A program made the position numbers and the translations under genes. 64,000 nucleotides of DNA, from contig CBDDEL010000012.1 of the NCBI GenBank assembly GCA_965226885.1, positions 377,819-441,818 of the forward strand, written 5' to 3'. The stretch is from Opitutales bacterium (GTDB lineage Bacteria; Verrucomicrobiota; Verrucomicrobiia; Opitutales; UBA2987). Positions 28,679 to 40,852 of this stretch are shown piece by piece (the first letter of the stretch is position 1; each line of letters starts with the position of its first letter). The notes beneath the pieces were generated by a model that made no database searches, had not been told where the DNA came from, and saw only the letters and a program-made list of their open reading frames with translations.

Positions 28679-30931
28679 ATGAATAACTTTTTTAGTTTAA
28701 ACTGGATCAAAATCAATGGGTGCCAATGGCAGCTGGGAGTATTAGGGTCTTTGGTGACGCTGAGCTTATTGCCCCTGCAATCGGCAGAAAGCAAACCCCA
28801 GGCGGTTTACCTGACCTGGCAGGGCGATACCAGCAGCACCATAACCGTTAATTACCTGACGGCGGAAGAAGACGCCAGAAGCATTGTTTATTACGATACC
28901 GAATCCCGGGGGGGCGATCCGGAGAAATATCGTTTTTCAGCCAGCGGACGCAGCCACAGTTTGTCCAAAGTTGCCAACGGGCCGAAAGTGCATTGGACGG
29001 AACTGAAAAATCTTTCACCGGGTAAATCCTATTTCTTTATCGCTGGCGATCCGCGTTACGGAGTCTCGGCGGAGCGTAAATTCCGCACCGTTCCCAATGA
29101 TGGGTCAGCCATCAGGTTTGTAACCGGGGGCGATATGGGTGTGTCGGATGAGGTGCGCCAGATCATTCGCCAGTCCGCAGCCAGGGAGCCTCATATTGCG
29201 CTCATCGGGGGAGATGTCGCATATGCCAATGGCAACCCAAAAAACCTGCACCTGTGGGAAGACTGGATGAGCCAATGGACAGAGGAAATGATAACGCCCA
29301 AGGGATATACCGTCCCGGTGGCCTTGGCCATCGGGAATCATGAGGTCAGCAGCCGCTATGATGGCAAGATTGAAGATGCGCCCTTCTTTTTCGGTTTTTT
29401 TGCCCAAAACAGCAAAAGGAGCTACTTCCGCCGCCAGTTCGGGCCCAACATGGTGGTTTATTTTCTCGATTCAGGCCACATCGCTTCACACCAAAGCCAG
29501 ACCACCTGGCTGAAAAGTCAAATGGAGGCCGATAGGGACATTCCCAACCGGTTCGCCATTTACCATGTTCCGCTTTATCCCAGCCACCGCGTTTATAATG
29601 GGCAAAAGTCTGAACTTGGGCGCTTGCATTGGGAACCTCTTTTCAGTCATTACGAATTGACGGCCGCATTTGAAAACCACGACCACACCTTTAAAAGAAC
29701 GAAAAAACTGATGAACGGTGAAGTTGCCCCCGATGGCCAGGGCGTTCTCTACCTTGGAGACGGCTGCTGGGGACGTAATCCCCGGGCGATTCCCATCCAA
29801 AAACGCTGGTACCTGGATAAAACGATCTCCGTCATGCATTTCTGGCAGGTGGATGTTTCCAGTCAAAAGACGCAATACAGGGCCGTCACCAGGAGGGGGC
29901 TCGATTTCGATGTTTATCCTATGGAATCCAAAGACTACGCTACTTCAGAAGCTTATTTCCAAACTTTGACCCAACAATACCTGGTGCAGCCGGAAGCCCT
30001 CATAATTAGCCCGCTGTTATCTGAAAATAAGCGATTTAAAAAAGATTCATTTACGGTTACACTGACCAACAAGGAGCTTTACCCCCTGGAAGGCAGAATT
30101 TCCATGTCCGTCCCCGATGGTTTGCGGATCAAGCCTTCCACTCGAACCGTTAATTTATCGCCCGGTGATTCCGATACCCTCAAATTCACCCTCAGTTCAA
30201 GCGCCGCTGCCGATGTTCTCTCAATCCCGCCTGTTCAAATGGAGCTCTTCCTGGATTACAGGGACGAGGAACGAACCATAAGCCAAAAGGTCGTCCGCGA
30301 AATCAAGGTTGATCGCTTGTTTTCAGCCCGTCGCCTGGCCCGAGCCCCGAATATCGATGGAAATCTCGAAGAATGGACTAACCTACCCTATGAGTTTATA
30401 CGCCCTACAGCATTTGCGCCGTTAAAGATGGCCGATTTTTGGGAAGGTTCTGACGACGCTTCCCTCAAATTTGCAGTGGCTTATGATCAAAAAGCTGTTT
30501 ACCTGGCCATCGAAACAACCGATGATCAGGTTCAGACTCGATTAGACTATACCGCTGACCGCCAGGACAGCCTCTATTTGTGGTTCGATATATTCCCCGG
30601 CGGCGAAGGAGACGACAATCCGCTCTTTGCCGTGGCCCCCAGCAATACGCCGGAAGAATCGCGGTTATTTGTTTTGGAAGATATAAATGGTGACATTCGG
30701 GCAACATCGGTAATAACGGAAACCGGTTACAACACAGAAATCGCTTTTCCCATGGACGCTTTTCGCCCGGCCCTGGAGGACCGTGGCGGAGGAAAAATGG
30801 AATATGTCCGGTTGAACATAGCCATCATGGACAAAGACCATTCCGGGCAGAGACCTTTACGGATTTTCTGGAGGCCGAGGTGGGAAGATCCGGGTGACTA
30901 TATCTGGTCCGGAGTGTTCAAACTCGATTAG
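28679..30931 (+). CDS. Exported purple-acid-phosphatase-like metallophosphoesterase with FN3-like N-domain and C-terminal CBM9/DOMON-like domain
   Basis: Signal peptide; GGDMG, GGDVAY, GNHE, YHVP and ENHDH motifs; IDGNLEEW marks the C-terminal domain. Confidence 0.8.
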   Translation: MNNFFSLNWIKINGCQWQLGVLGSLVTLSLLPLQSAESKPQAVYLTWQGDTSSTITVNYLTAEEDARSIVYYDTESRGGDPEKYRFSASGRSHSLSKVANGPKVHWTELKNLSPGKSYFFIAGDPRYGVSAERKFRTVPNDGSAIRFVTGGDMGVSDEVRQIIRQSAAREPHIALIGGDVAYANGNPKNLHLWEDWMSQWTEEMITPKGYTVPVALAIGNHEVSSRYDGKIEDAPFFFGFFAQNSKRSYFRRQFGPNMVVYFLDSGHIASHQSQTTWLKSQMEADRDIPNRFAIYHVPLYPSHRVYNGQKSELGRLHWEPLFSHYELTAAFENHDHTFKRTKKLMNGEVAPDGQGVLYLGDGCWGRNPRAIPIQKRWYLDKTISVMHFWQVDVSSQKTQYRAVTRRGLDFDVYPMESKDYATSEAYFQTLTQQYLVQPEALIISPLLSENKRFKKDSFTVTLTNKELYPLEGRISMSVPDGLRIKPSTRTVNLSPGDSDTLKFTLSSSAAADVLSIPPVQMELFLDYRDEERTISQKVVREIKVDRLFSARRLARAPNIDGNLEEWTNLPYEFIRPTAFAPLKMADFWEGSDDASLKFAVAYDQKAVYLAIETTDDQVQTRLDYTADRQDSLYLWFDIFPGGEGDDNPLFAVAPSNTPEESRLFVLEDINGDIRATSVITETGYNTEIAFPMDAFRPALEDRGGGKMEYVRLNIAIMDKDHSGQRPLRIFWRPRWEDPGDYIWSGVFKLD

Positions 30932-31061
30932 GTCGTGTTTTCAAAAACCAAATGTTGATGGCAACAGCGTTTATTATGTCTGTAAGTTCTCACATGGACG
31001 AAACGGACTTAAGAGGAACGGTTAACCGCTGTGGCATTGATCTCCAGAGCACATGAAGAGG

Positions 31062-31163
31062 GTGGAAAACGTAAATCAGGATTTTCTCGAGTTTATAAAA
31101 TTACTCGAAAGTGATCAGGTAAGGTATCTCATCGTGGAAGTTTATGCGGTTGGCCTTTTGTGA
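31062..31163 (+). pseudogene. Fragment resembling the N-terminus of a nucleotidyltransferase-family protein
   Basis: NQDFLEFIKLLESDQVRYLIVEVYAVGLL* resembles the 'DFxEFxxLL...V.YLxVGGYAV' pattern, with the GG motif decayed. Confidence 0.5.
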
Positions 31164-31273
31164 GGAGAACGCCGATTAAATTCTGGATGTATTTGATTCT
31201 TTCGGATTTTGGGAAATTGGTACAATAATTTGTCCTAATGTTACCTAAAACCACAGATCACGCACTTAAAATC

Positions 31274-31993
31274 ATGAGAAATCCATACAGATGCTTTTTT
31301 ACAACTATCGTTTTCATTTATGGTGCTTCGTCCCTTACGGGCACAGGCGAGGAGTTGCCGGCCTTTATCGCGGCGATGGAAGGCTCGCCGGTTCCGGCGC
31401 TTTCCCCGGCCAGGGCGCCGGAAGCGTGGATTCTGGCTCATATCGATGTGGAGACTACGGGGCTGGTTCCCGGTTATCATGAGATGATCGATATCGGAAT
31501 CGTTATGACCGCTCTGGAGGGAAGGGAACTGGATCGATTGTTTCTGCGTATCATGCCGGATTATCCAGAGCGGGCCGCCCCCGGCGCCGTGGCGGTGAAT
31601 GGTTTCTCGGTTGATCTGTGGAAGGAACGGGGATTTATCAGCACGGGAAAAGCGGTGGAAAAAATGATCGCTTTTCACAAGCGGGTGGCGGACGGCAGAA
31701 ATGTGCTCTTCGTTGCCTATAACGCTTGGTTCGACATTTCCTTCGTGGACCACCTTTTCCGCGCCTCAGGGAAGACCTGGCGCGAGCTTTACCACTACTT
31801 CATCCTCGCTCTGCCCTCCATGGCGTGGAGCCTGGGCGTGCGGGATTTGTTTGGTGGCGAATTGTCGCAAAAATTGGAAATCGCTCCGGAAACCAGCGAC
31901 CCGCTCAAGCATACCGGAATGACAGGCGCGGAATCCAATGTTAATGTTTATCGGGCTGTGCTGAAAAAAGCGCGGATAATGCGGGAAAACTGA
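31274..31993 (+). CDS. DEDD/DnaQ-like 3'-5' exonuclease domain protein with hydrophobic N-terminal leader
   Basis: HIDVETTGL (ExoI) and AYNAWFD (ExoII); the ExoIII-like region KHTGMTGA is atypical. Confidence 0.7.
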   Translation: MRNPYRCFFTTIVFIYGASSLTGTGEELPAFIAAMEGSPVPALSPARAPEAWILAHIDVETTGLVPGYHEMIDIGIVMTALEGRELDRLFLRIMPDYPERAAPGAVAVNGFSVDLWKERGFISTGKAVEKMIAFHKRVADGRNVLFVAYNAWFDISFVDHLFRASGKTWRELYHYFILALPSMAWSLGVRDLFGGELSQKLEIAPETSDPLKHTGMTGAESNVNVYRAVLKKARIMREN

Positions 31994-32008
31994 CCGAGAT
32001 TTACCTCT

Positions 32009-35000
32009 TTAATCCTCCTCCACCGTGAGCCGGATTTCGGCCCCGTTGGCCCGGATTTCGGGCACATACATGGCGTGACCCAGCACCGGCAAGGCATGGA
32101 ATTCGCCCGGTGTTTCGGCCCGCAGCCGGTAGCGGATTTCCCAAAATCCCTCGGGCAGCTTGTCGATAAAGAAGGCCATCTTCCGGTCGCGCAACTCCTG
32201 GTAAACCCAGCGGCGTTTCCCGGTTAGGCGTTCGCTCTCTTCAGCCGCATCGGCGTTCACATCGGCGGCCTTGATTTCGCTGGCGTAAAGCGCTTCCCCG
32301 CTGCGAATTTGCACGGCTTCCACCCCGGCGGGTTTGAGGTCCTCAAAAACCAGGTATTCGTAATCGTTTTTGCCTTCGATGGTCAGGACTACTTCGATGC
32401 GGTCGCCGCTCTGCAGTGAATCCCCGTCGTTAAGCGGCGCTTTCTCCTCGACGAATCCCTTGAGCAAGGTGGGAACCGACCGCAGCCGGTAATAATCGCG
32501 CCGCACAAAGATCTCGTTTCCGGCCGCCGGGACCGGTTCTTCTAGACTGAAAAATTCCGCCTGGATGGAAAAATAAAGGCTTCCCTGACCCGAGAGGCGG
32601 CGAATTTCCACCTGGTTACCGCCATCCAGCAGCCATTCGTGGGGAACCTGCCAATTACTCTGGCCGGCCAGCCAGTTGCCGCCTCCGCTGTGCCCCTCTG
32701 CCAGAACATGCCCGTTGACCATTATTTCGTAGTCAAGGTCCGATTCCAGTTCCTTTGTCATTTCCAGGTATTGGTTGAGGGCCAGCAGGGCGATGGCGGA
32801 GTCCCGCGTGTTGCTCCAGTGCCCGCCCCGGCGGTTTTTAACCAGCCAATTCATGACTGGCTCGATCAAATCGCTTTCCGGTTCGATCGCCAGAAGAGCC
32901 ATTAGGGCGAATGAGGTCGCTTCCACCCCTCCGTCGGACCATCGCCAATAGACGCCGCCCTCGCTCCAATGGGCAGTGGCCATGACGGCGGGTGATGTTT
33001 CCCCGTTTTGCGTGATCAGGATCGACTGGTCGGGAGATTTGTCGATTTTAACGCCGTCTCGCAGGTTCTGCACCAGCAATCCGGCCTCTTCCTCAGAACC
33101 GAAATGCCAGGCCGACAAGGCCAGCAGGGCGCGAGTAAAGGAATTGAGCTGCTCGCGATTCCGCATGAGGTTGAGGAAGGCAGAGGCTTCGAAACGCGAT
33201 GGCCGTTTGTCCTTGGCATCGCTAAAACGCACCGCCAGGGCATGGAGCAGCCAGGCCTGCAGGTCGTAGGCGAATTCGGCTTCGACAAGAACTTTTTCCA
33301 GATAGGATCGGGCCTGATCAAGGGTTGATTCTTTTACCTCGACTCCGGCCTGCCCGGCCAAAGTCAATCCCCAGACTACATAGGCGCTCATGTAAGGGTC
33401 GGTAGATCCCTTTTTCCACCAGCCCCAACCGCCGTCCGCATGTTGAAAATCGTAGAGCCGCTCAAGGCCGGCCTCAACCATTTTGGGCAACTGGTTCATA
33501 TCCCCGGGGCCTCTGCGGTGGGCGGCATCGGCGTATTCTTTTTCCAGTCCGCCGAACATTTTTCCGGCGATGTCGGCGGGTTCCAGGTTCAACCCGCGAA
33601 GGGTTTTGGCCACCAGGACCGAGGGCAGAAAACGGCTCAAAGTCTGCTCCGTGCAGCCGTAGGGATAATCCAATGAGGTAGGGCAGCGCGTCCAGCATGG
33701 CCACCGCCAGGCTGGTTGTTGCCTGGACGCTGAAGGCGGTCGATGCTTTTTTCCGCTCGGCCGGAATGTTGAGCGAAACCGTCACGGCATCGCCTTTGAG
33801 ACGTCCGGATTTTCCGATAAATTTTTCAATCCCATGTTCGTAAACGGGATAGGTTTTTTCCATGGCATCGGCGAAATTGCGGCTCTTGCCGGTCAGCTTA
33901 ACCCGGACTTCTCCAGGGAGAATCGGCGTTACAAGCCAATCGAGACGCGTTTGCGAATTAGCGGGAATAGAGACGGCTCCGGAGGGACTTTCGAGAATCT
34001 CGAGCCCGCCATCCGTTTCCAGCAATGCCTCCAATGGCATGGGTACGGAGGTGTTGTTATGAAAAACACCGGTGATGAGCAAGCGGTCGCCGGTTATGAA
34101 GAAACGCGGCGCTTGAAGGCCGGCAATGAGGGGCAGGCGGGTTCGCCGGGTGTCGGCGGCGGTTCCGAACCGGCTTTTTTGAGACACCGCGCGAGCCGTC
34201 GCCCGCCAAGTAGTGAGGGAATCGGGAAGGGTCACCTCGACTTTGGCCAAACCATTTTCGTCCGTCAGGATATCCGGCTGCCAGAAAACCGTCTCCCGAA
34301 AATCGGCCCGCACCTGAACGGCCGGTTCTTCCCTCAATTGCCGCAATGAGGCTTCGGGAGCCGCTAAACTTTGGGCATCGGCAGAAAACTCTTCCAACTC
34401 AGTTTGGCCTCGGCTCCGAACACCAATACTAAGATTCGATTGATGATAAGCCACCTGGCCTAGGTCGCCCATAAGTGCGCCCATTACCACTCCTCCGATT
34501 GCCCCAGATTTTTTCTCCCCAACCTCCTTGACCTTGAAATACGGCTTCTGGTTAAAAGTGCTGGCCGTCTGGATGGCGTAATGCCGTTTCTCTCCGTAGA
34601 AGAATTGCCGGATGTCGGGGGCCAGTTCCGATTGGATGTAATAGACGGCATCATCGACCAGTCCGAGGGAGATTTCGGCGGAGACGGGCTCGCCCTGCCA
34701 ATCGGTCGCACGAATGCTATAGGAACCTTTTTCACCCGGATGGTAGCCTTCGGCGTCGGCGGAGACCTCGATTTTCAGAAAGTTCTGTTCGGGGGGGACG
34801 ACGATCTCCTTTTGCTCCATAAACATTTCGTGCCCGGATACCATGAGGGCTTCGAGGAAGGTGTTGGGAATGTGTTCGTCGCCAATGTCCAGGTAGAGCA
34901 GCTTAACGGTGCCGTCGAGTCGCAGAATTTGGTAGGATTGCAGGTGGGCGGCTCCCACAGTGAAGAGAACGGTGCGCCCCGAGGCCGGGGTGGAGATCAT

Positions 35001-37889
35001 GACGGGCGCTTTTTCTCCCGGACGGAAGCTGTCCTTGTCCACCACGATAGAGACCCCACCGGGGCGGTAGCCGATCTCGGTATCGCCTTCGCGGGAGGAC
35101 CAGAATGCGGTCTCGGCCTTGATGGGTTGCCCATTTTCCTCGCGGCTGACCCAGGCCACTTTGAAATAACCTTCTCTGGGAACAGAGATTTTGTAAATGG
35201 CTTCCCCTTTCTCATCGGTCGCCAGGGAAGTCACTTCGATTTCCTCAACCTTGTAGCCTTTTTCCTTCAGGCGATAATCGCCGGCCGAGGCGCCGAAAGA
35301 GAAACGCCGGAAGGACTTTTCCCGCAGTTCTTCCATCTGCTGGCTGGAAATTTCCCTACCCCCATCGTCGATCCAGATTTCCCGCCAGTATTCGCGGGTG
35401 AGCCGCAAACGACCCTCGGCCGAGATAGGGCGGCTATTGGCGTCCATCGTGCGGATGGCGATTTCCGCAGTGTCTCCCGGCTGGTAAATCTGATGTTCCA
35501 GTTTCAGATAAACATAGTAGCCCTGGCGGGTCACTTTAAGGGTTTTTGAGGCGGTGATTTCGCGCCTGGAAGCGTCCGTCACCCTTGCTTCGACGGTGTA
35601 TTGGTAGTCGTTTTCGGAAGATTGAGGCGTCTCGAAGGTAAACGTGGCGGAGCCGGTGGTATCGGTTTGCAAAGTCTCCTTCTTAATGACGGAACCGGGG
35701 CCGCCGTAACCAAAATTCCGGTAGCGGTTTTGATGGTCCCGATCGGCATAGAGCCAACTGTATTCGCGCTCTGGCAGCCACCAGTGGTAAAACGGCCGCT
35801 GGTAGATGACCAACTCGATTTGGGCGTTGGGGACCGGGCCGCCGAAATGATAGTCGGCCTGAATCTCACCCATCACTGAATCGCCGAGACGGAAAACCTC
35901 AACCGCAGAGTCTTCCCCGCGCGCAATGCCGATCTCGACCTTGAATTCCGGCAGTTTGTATTCTTCCAAACGAAAAAGCTGGGCCCGTCCAATATACTCC
36001 TGGTTAGAATAGCGGGTGAACTGGATTTGGTAGGGGCCAAGAGGCATATCCTCGTTGAGTGCGGTTTCACCCCAGGCGGCTCCGAAGGCATTCAGCCTGA
36101 GGACTCCGTCGTCCACTTTCTGGCCGCGAGGATCTGTGATCGTAAACCGGATTTGCTCATCGGTAGGCACACGGTAGGAATCCGCATCGTGCTGGCGGGC
36201 GATGACCTTCCATTGGGCGGTGCTGCCGGGGCGGTAGGCGGGTCGGTCGGTGTAGGCATAGACCTGCCATTGCAAATCCTGGAAATTCCCGTAATAATAT
36301 CCCTGTGACAGGGCGAAGGCCTGGCGGTCTTCATGCCGCGCGGCGGCGAAATATTCCCGGTGTTCTCGTTTGCCGGACAACTGAAAGAGGGCCAAGCCAT
36401 CGCTGCCGGTAGTCCCGGACTTGCTGCTTAAATGCCAATTGCGCCCATCGAACCCGCGCTCCCAAAGCACCACTTGGGCCTCTTCCAGGGGCGCTCCAGT
36501 AAATGAGTCGCAAAAATAAGCGAGGACTTCGTTTTCGGTTGATTTGAGGACCAGCGCAGCATCCGTGACGAGTAGAATGTCGCGGGTTTTACCGGCGCTA
36601 CTCCCTCCATCGGCCTCGACGATATAGGCGCCAGCGGGAATTTCCAGGTCTAGCCGGTGCTGTTCAGTCAAGGGGTAGTAGGGCCGTTCAGCCTCCTGGT
36701 CTAAAGTAAATGAATGCCAAGGATCCATCTCCCTGGTGTCGATGGTGTCAACCCAACCGTGCAGGCTTCTTTTTTTAGGATTGGCAAAACGGACCGCCTC
36801 GTTCAGGTCGACCGGATAAAGGGAAACCTCCACCTCTTCGGCATTGCGCCAATTGAGATTAATTTGCGGCTCGGAACCCGGCAGGTAGGCGTGGGTGACG
36901 AATACATTTACATACGGCTTGACGATGTTTTCAATAGCTTGTCGAGCGGAACGGTAATAGCCGGTCTCACCCTCATCGTATTCATCAAGGATGCGCCGAT
37001 AGAGGCGGATGGCCTTTTCATAATCGGGTTCCAGGCGCTGATCTCCGTTTTCGTCATAAGTCAAATGGCCGCTTTGGGAAGACCACTGGGCGTATTGAAA
37101 TAAGGCATCGTCGTACCACGCGCTGTGCGCGCCCAATTCAATAGCGAAGGCAATTTCCTCAGCCACCCGTGCCAGCATTTGCGGCCTGCCGCCCTGCTGG
37201 CGCAGGGTTATGGCCAGCAGGTAATGGGCGTGGGCTTGATCGGCGGACGTTTCCGCAATCCTGAGAGCATTTTCGATGATTTCCAAAGGCAGGGCATTGC
37301 CACGCCGACCCCGATAGTGAAGACTCTGCCCGCCGGGATCGGGTATACCGACGGCCTTCCAGACGATATTCAGGTATCGGTGGCGAGCCGTTGGCAGGTC
37401 CTTGGAGCCCGCCAACCAGTTGAGGACAATCTTATAATGCGCCCAGGCTTGGCTCCAGTTATTAAACGGCTGCCGGTTCCAGAAGGAATCGCCCAGGGAT
37501 TCCTCGATATCGGCCCAGAGCGCAGGCGGCGGCCCCTCCAGTTCATCAAGTTCGCGGGCCAGTCTTTCGAGTTCCCGGCGGGATTCCGGGATCGGGCCCG
37601 GCTCATATTGGCCAGCGGCGGCATGTGCCCGCCATTGCGCATCGGCCAACCGAAAATCCATCCACCGTTTTTCTTCGGCCGTAAGTTCCAAGCCCTGCAT
37701 GCGCTTATAAATTTCATGGGCAAGGGAAAAGCTTTTATTCGAGTAATGGGCTTCGGCCTCCTCTTTCAACTCGGCAAATCCCAGTTCTTGGGGGTTTGTA
37801 ACAGTTTCTGGGAGCAGTTCCTCTACTTGGCCAAAGACAAGGGACAATGTCAGGCTTACCCAAAAAATGGCTGTTGCGATTAATTTCAC
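32009..37889 (-). pseudogene. Bacterial alpha-2-macroglobulin (~1960 codons) split by a +1 frameshift at ~33671
   Basis: YTDRPAYRPG, EEYKLPEF, RADFRET..W, PDSLTTW, thioester YPYGCTEQ, DGGWGWW and GHAMYVPE motifs. One extra G in CTCATT[G]GATTAT breaks LPYLIDYPYG. Confidence 0.9.
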
Positions 37890-38071
37890 TTTTAAGCAAT
37901 TGTCTCCATGAATAGAAAACGGCCTGTTCGATTGAGTTCCGTTATTAAAAGATTTTTATTTTAATTTCGATAAAAGAATATACGAAAATAAGGATCGGAA
38001 ATTAGAAATTAATCGAAATTATTTGTCGTGGCCGTGGCCCTGCCGTGAGTCTTCCATCTTCAATATTTAAT

Positions 38072-38395
38072 ATGATTGCGCCTCCCAAGGATATTCAAGC
38101 CATTGGAAAAGAAATCGCCATTCTTTGGCAGAATGGCCGCGAGGACTATTTTTCCATGGAAAAACTGCGGGCTCATTCACCCAGCGCGGAGAACACCGGA
38201 GAGATGGATATTTTAGGGCGTCTCCATGGAGGAGGCGGTCCTCAAGAATTTTCCGGAGTAGAAGTCTCGGGCTGGCAGCAGGTCGGCAATTACGCTTTTC
38301 GCTTCAACTTCAGTGACGGGCACAACACTGGTTTGTATAGTTTTCAGTACCTGCAAGACCTGGGCGATAAATTGAAAGAGGCTGATAACTTTTAA
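38072..38395 (+). CDS. DUF971 / gamma-butyrobetaine hydroxylase N-like protein
   Basis: LRAHSPSAE, VGNYA and FSDGHNTGLYSF motifs. Confidence 0.88.
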   Translation: MIAPPKDIQAIGKEIAILWQNGREDYFSMEKLRAHSPSAENTGEMDILGRLHGGGGPQEFSGVEVSGWQQVGNYAFRFNFSDGHNTGLYSFQYLQDLGDKLKEADNF

Positions 38396-39553
38396 CAGCC
38401 CACCGGCAATTCATCCTTGGCCGTGGCCGGAACCAGGATGGGCAGGCAGAAGGCAAACAGACAGCCGCCTTCGGGCCGATTGCGGTACGAAATGCTTCCC
38501 CCGTGCGATTCGATGATTTTTTTGCATATGGAAAGACCGAGGCCGGTGCTCATTTCCCCGGCGGTGGGTTTGACCGAGATGGTTCCGAATGCCTTAGAAA
38601 TCTTGTCCCTTTCGGACTCGGGAATACCAGGCCCCTCGTCTATTATTTCGCAACGCACGGAGTCTCCCCCATTGAGCAGATGGACTTCAATATTGGTCTG
38701 AGGCGGGGAAAACTTGATCGCGTTGCTGACCAGATTATCGATTACCCGGCGAATCTGGCGCTGGTCGAAATGAATGGCAGTTTTAATATCTCCATCCTCA
38801 ACTTTGATATTAATACTCTTTTGGGCTGCGTTAAACCGTAAAAGGTTGGTGGAGTTACGCACCACCTCGGCCAGGCTGCAGGGTGCAATTTCATTCCGCT
38901 CTTCGCGGTGTTTCGTTAGGGAGTAATCGAGCAAATCATCGACCAGGGAAAGCATGTTGCCGGAGGCGGAGAGCACACTTTGAATCATGGTAGCCTGATC
39001 TTTGTTGAGGGGCCCGGGCAACTCCTCGGCCAGAAATTCCGACAACCCACGAATCGAGATGAGTGGGTTTTTTAAATCATGGGAGACGATTCCCATTAAT
39101 CGGCTCTTTTCCTTATTCGCTATTTGCAGCGCCTCAATATCGTCCAGGTGTCTTTTCATCAGGAAGCTCGCCTGGAGGTGCACCTTTATGCGCGCCAGGG
39201 CTTCGTCGGGCCGGAATGGCTTGGTGATGTAATCGGCGGCGCCTTGGGAAAGCGCTTTGACGATGGAAGCGGTTTCCATCCTGGTAGTGAGGAAAATGAT
39301 GGGCACATCCTGGCAATCGGGCAATTTCTTGATTTCGGCGCAAGTGGCAAAGCCGTCCAGGCCCGGCATCATAATGTCGAGCAGGATAAGATCGGGCTGA
39401 CAGCATTTCCAACGCCTCCTGGCCGCTGCAAGCAACCTCCACTAAGATTCCTTTGCGCTCCAGGACCATGCGAGCCAGGCGGCGACTGGTGTCGTCGTCG
39501 TCGATAACGAGGATTTTATGCCCCGACAGCTCAATATTAAAAGTCTCGCTCAT
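38392..39553 (-). pseudogene. Hybrid REC-histidine kinase, frameshifted near 39400
   Basis: MSETF..ILVIDDD..GQEALEML in one frame; QPDLILLDIMMPG..SHDLKNPL..NAIKFS..DEGPG..GLGL in another. Confidence 0.87.
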
Positions 39554-39721
39554 AGCAATAAACACTTTAGCCCCAACCTCGCTAAAAAAAGGCAAGGGCA
39601 CACACTGATATGTCGGACAATACTCGACGAATTTAACCGCATTTCCACTCCACCGCCCCAAACCGCCCCTCATCCGAAACCGGCCGTTAAGTCTTAATTC
39701 CCCTCCTTCATTGAGGTGTCA

Positions 39722-40852
39722 TACCAAATCTCATTAGGTATGATAATAAGTTATTTGGCAGAAGCGTTTGCTTGAATGTGCTGCCAGCCTCCGCCAACTA
39801 AAGAGAGGACTTTTTCAGTGTCCTCCCACCAGTCTTTGAGATGGGTTGCGACGACTTCTTCGAGTCGCTCAATGCTCGGCCACAGTTTGTTGGCCGTTTG
39901 ATCCTGTATCATATCCCAAAGTCTTTCAATCGGGTTGAGTTCAGGACTATACGGCGGCAAATTCACGATATGTATGCCCGGGGGGACGTTGGGGTGCTCC
40001 GAGTCGTGCGGATGGAAGCCTGCCCCGTCCCATACAACCACATGTTCCTCCTCAGGATATTGCTTTTTGATCTGTTGGAGGAAAGCCTCCGTCCACTGTA
40101 GATTCGTGCTAGGAGTTTGGATGCATACCATCTCGCCGTTGACCACGTCGAGGGCTCCGTAACAGTAGCTCCACTGGTATCTTGTCTGATATTTTTTGTG
40201 CGGCCGAAGCCCTCTTTGCGTCCAGCACCGGCGGTACACCGGAAGCAAACCAAAACGGCTTTCATCGGCAAACCACACCCGAACCCGATTGCCTCGGGTG
40301 AGGGAAAGCTCCTGGAGGATCTTAAAAAAGTCTCGCTTGAACGCTTCCGCTTTTGCCGAGTCCCGTTTCTCATGCACGGGCCGAGGGACTCGAAGCACCC
40401 CGGCGCATTTTTTTAGCCATCGCCACACCGTCTTGTAGGCGAAGGAGCGCCCGAAATGTCGCTCCAGCTCTTGCCCCGCCTGAACGGCTGTGTTCCAGCG
40501 CGCGACCTTCAAACCATTGAGCAAGAAGGCCTCCACCTCTTTGTCGCAACGGCTTTTGATCCCGCCTTTGTAGGCGCGTGTAAGCACCGCCCCGAGCCCT
40601 GCAGCACGATATTTGTCAAACCAACGCTGGATCGTCGCTTTGCCTCGGCCCACGATGGCTCCAATTTCATCAATGCTGTGGTGCGGCTGGAAGCCCATTT
40701 TTAATGCCACCAAACGCTCTTTACGCCAGCCGACAGCCTCTTTGTTGAGCAATTTCTTGATACGTTCACGGTCTTCATCGGTTCCCATATATCTTCTCAT
40801 TCCGCCTTTATAGCTGTTTTTTAATCTTTATCAATCCTTTTGCGATTTGGTA
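39722..40852 (-). mobile_element. IS630-family insertion sequence
   Basis: Ends TACCAAATC.CA..AGG..TGATAA in inverted orientation, with terminal TA dinucleotides. It abuts the SDR stop codon. Confidence 0.85.
39751..40800 (-). CDS. IS630-family transposase
   Basis: FADESRFG, WDGAGFH and LPPYSPELNPIERLW motifs. Confidence 0.95.
   Translation of the reverse strand: MRRYMGTDEDRERIKKLLNKEAVGWRKERLVALKMGFQPHHSIDEIGAIVGRGKATIQRWFDKYRAAGLGAVLTRAYKGGIKSRCDKEVEAFLLNGLKVARWNTAVQAGQELERHFGRSFAYKTVWRWLKKCAGVLRVPRPVHEKRDSAKAEAFKRDFFKILQELSLTRGNRVRVWFADESRFGLLPVYRRCWTQRGLRPHKKYQTRYQWSYCYGALDVVNGEMVCIQTPSTNLQWTEAFLQQIKKQYPEEEHVVVWDGAGFHPHDSEHPNVPPGIHIVNLPPYSPELNPIERLWDMIQDQTANKLWPSIERLEEVVATHLKDWWEDTEKVLSLVGGGWQHIQANASAK

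Noticed and set aside
34581..37883. Long + strand ORFs (322 and 252 aa) opposite the A2M gene
   Set aside because: Expected from codon bias on the antisense strand; no motifs.
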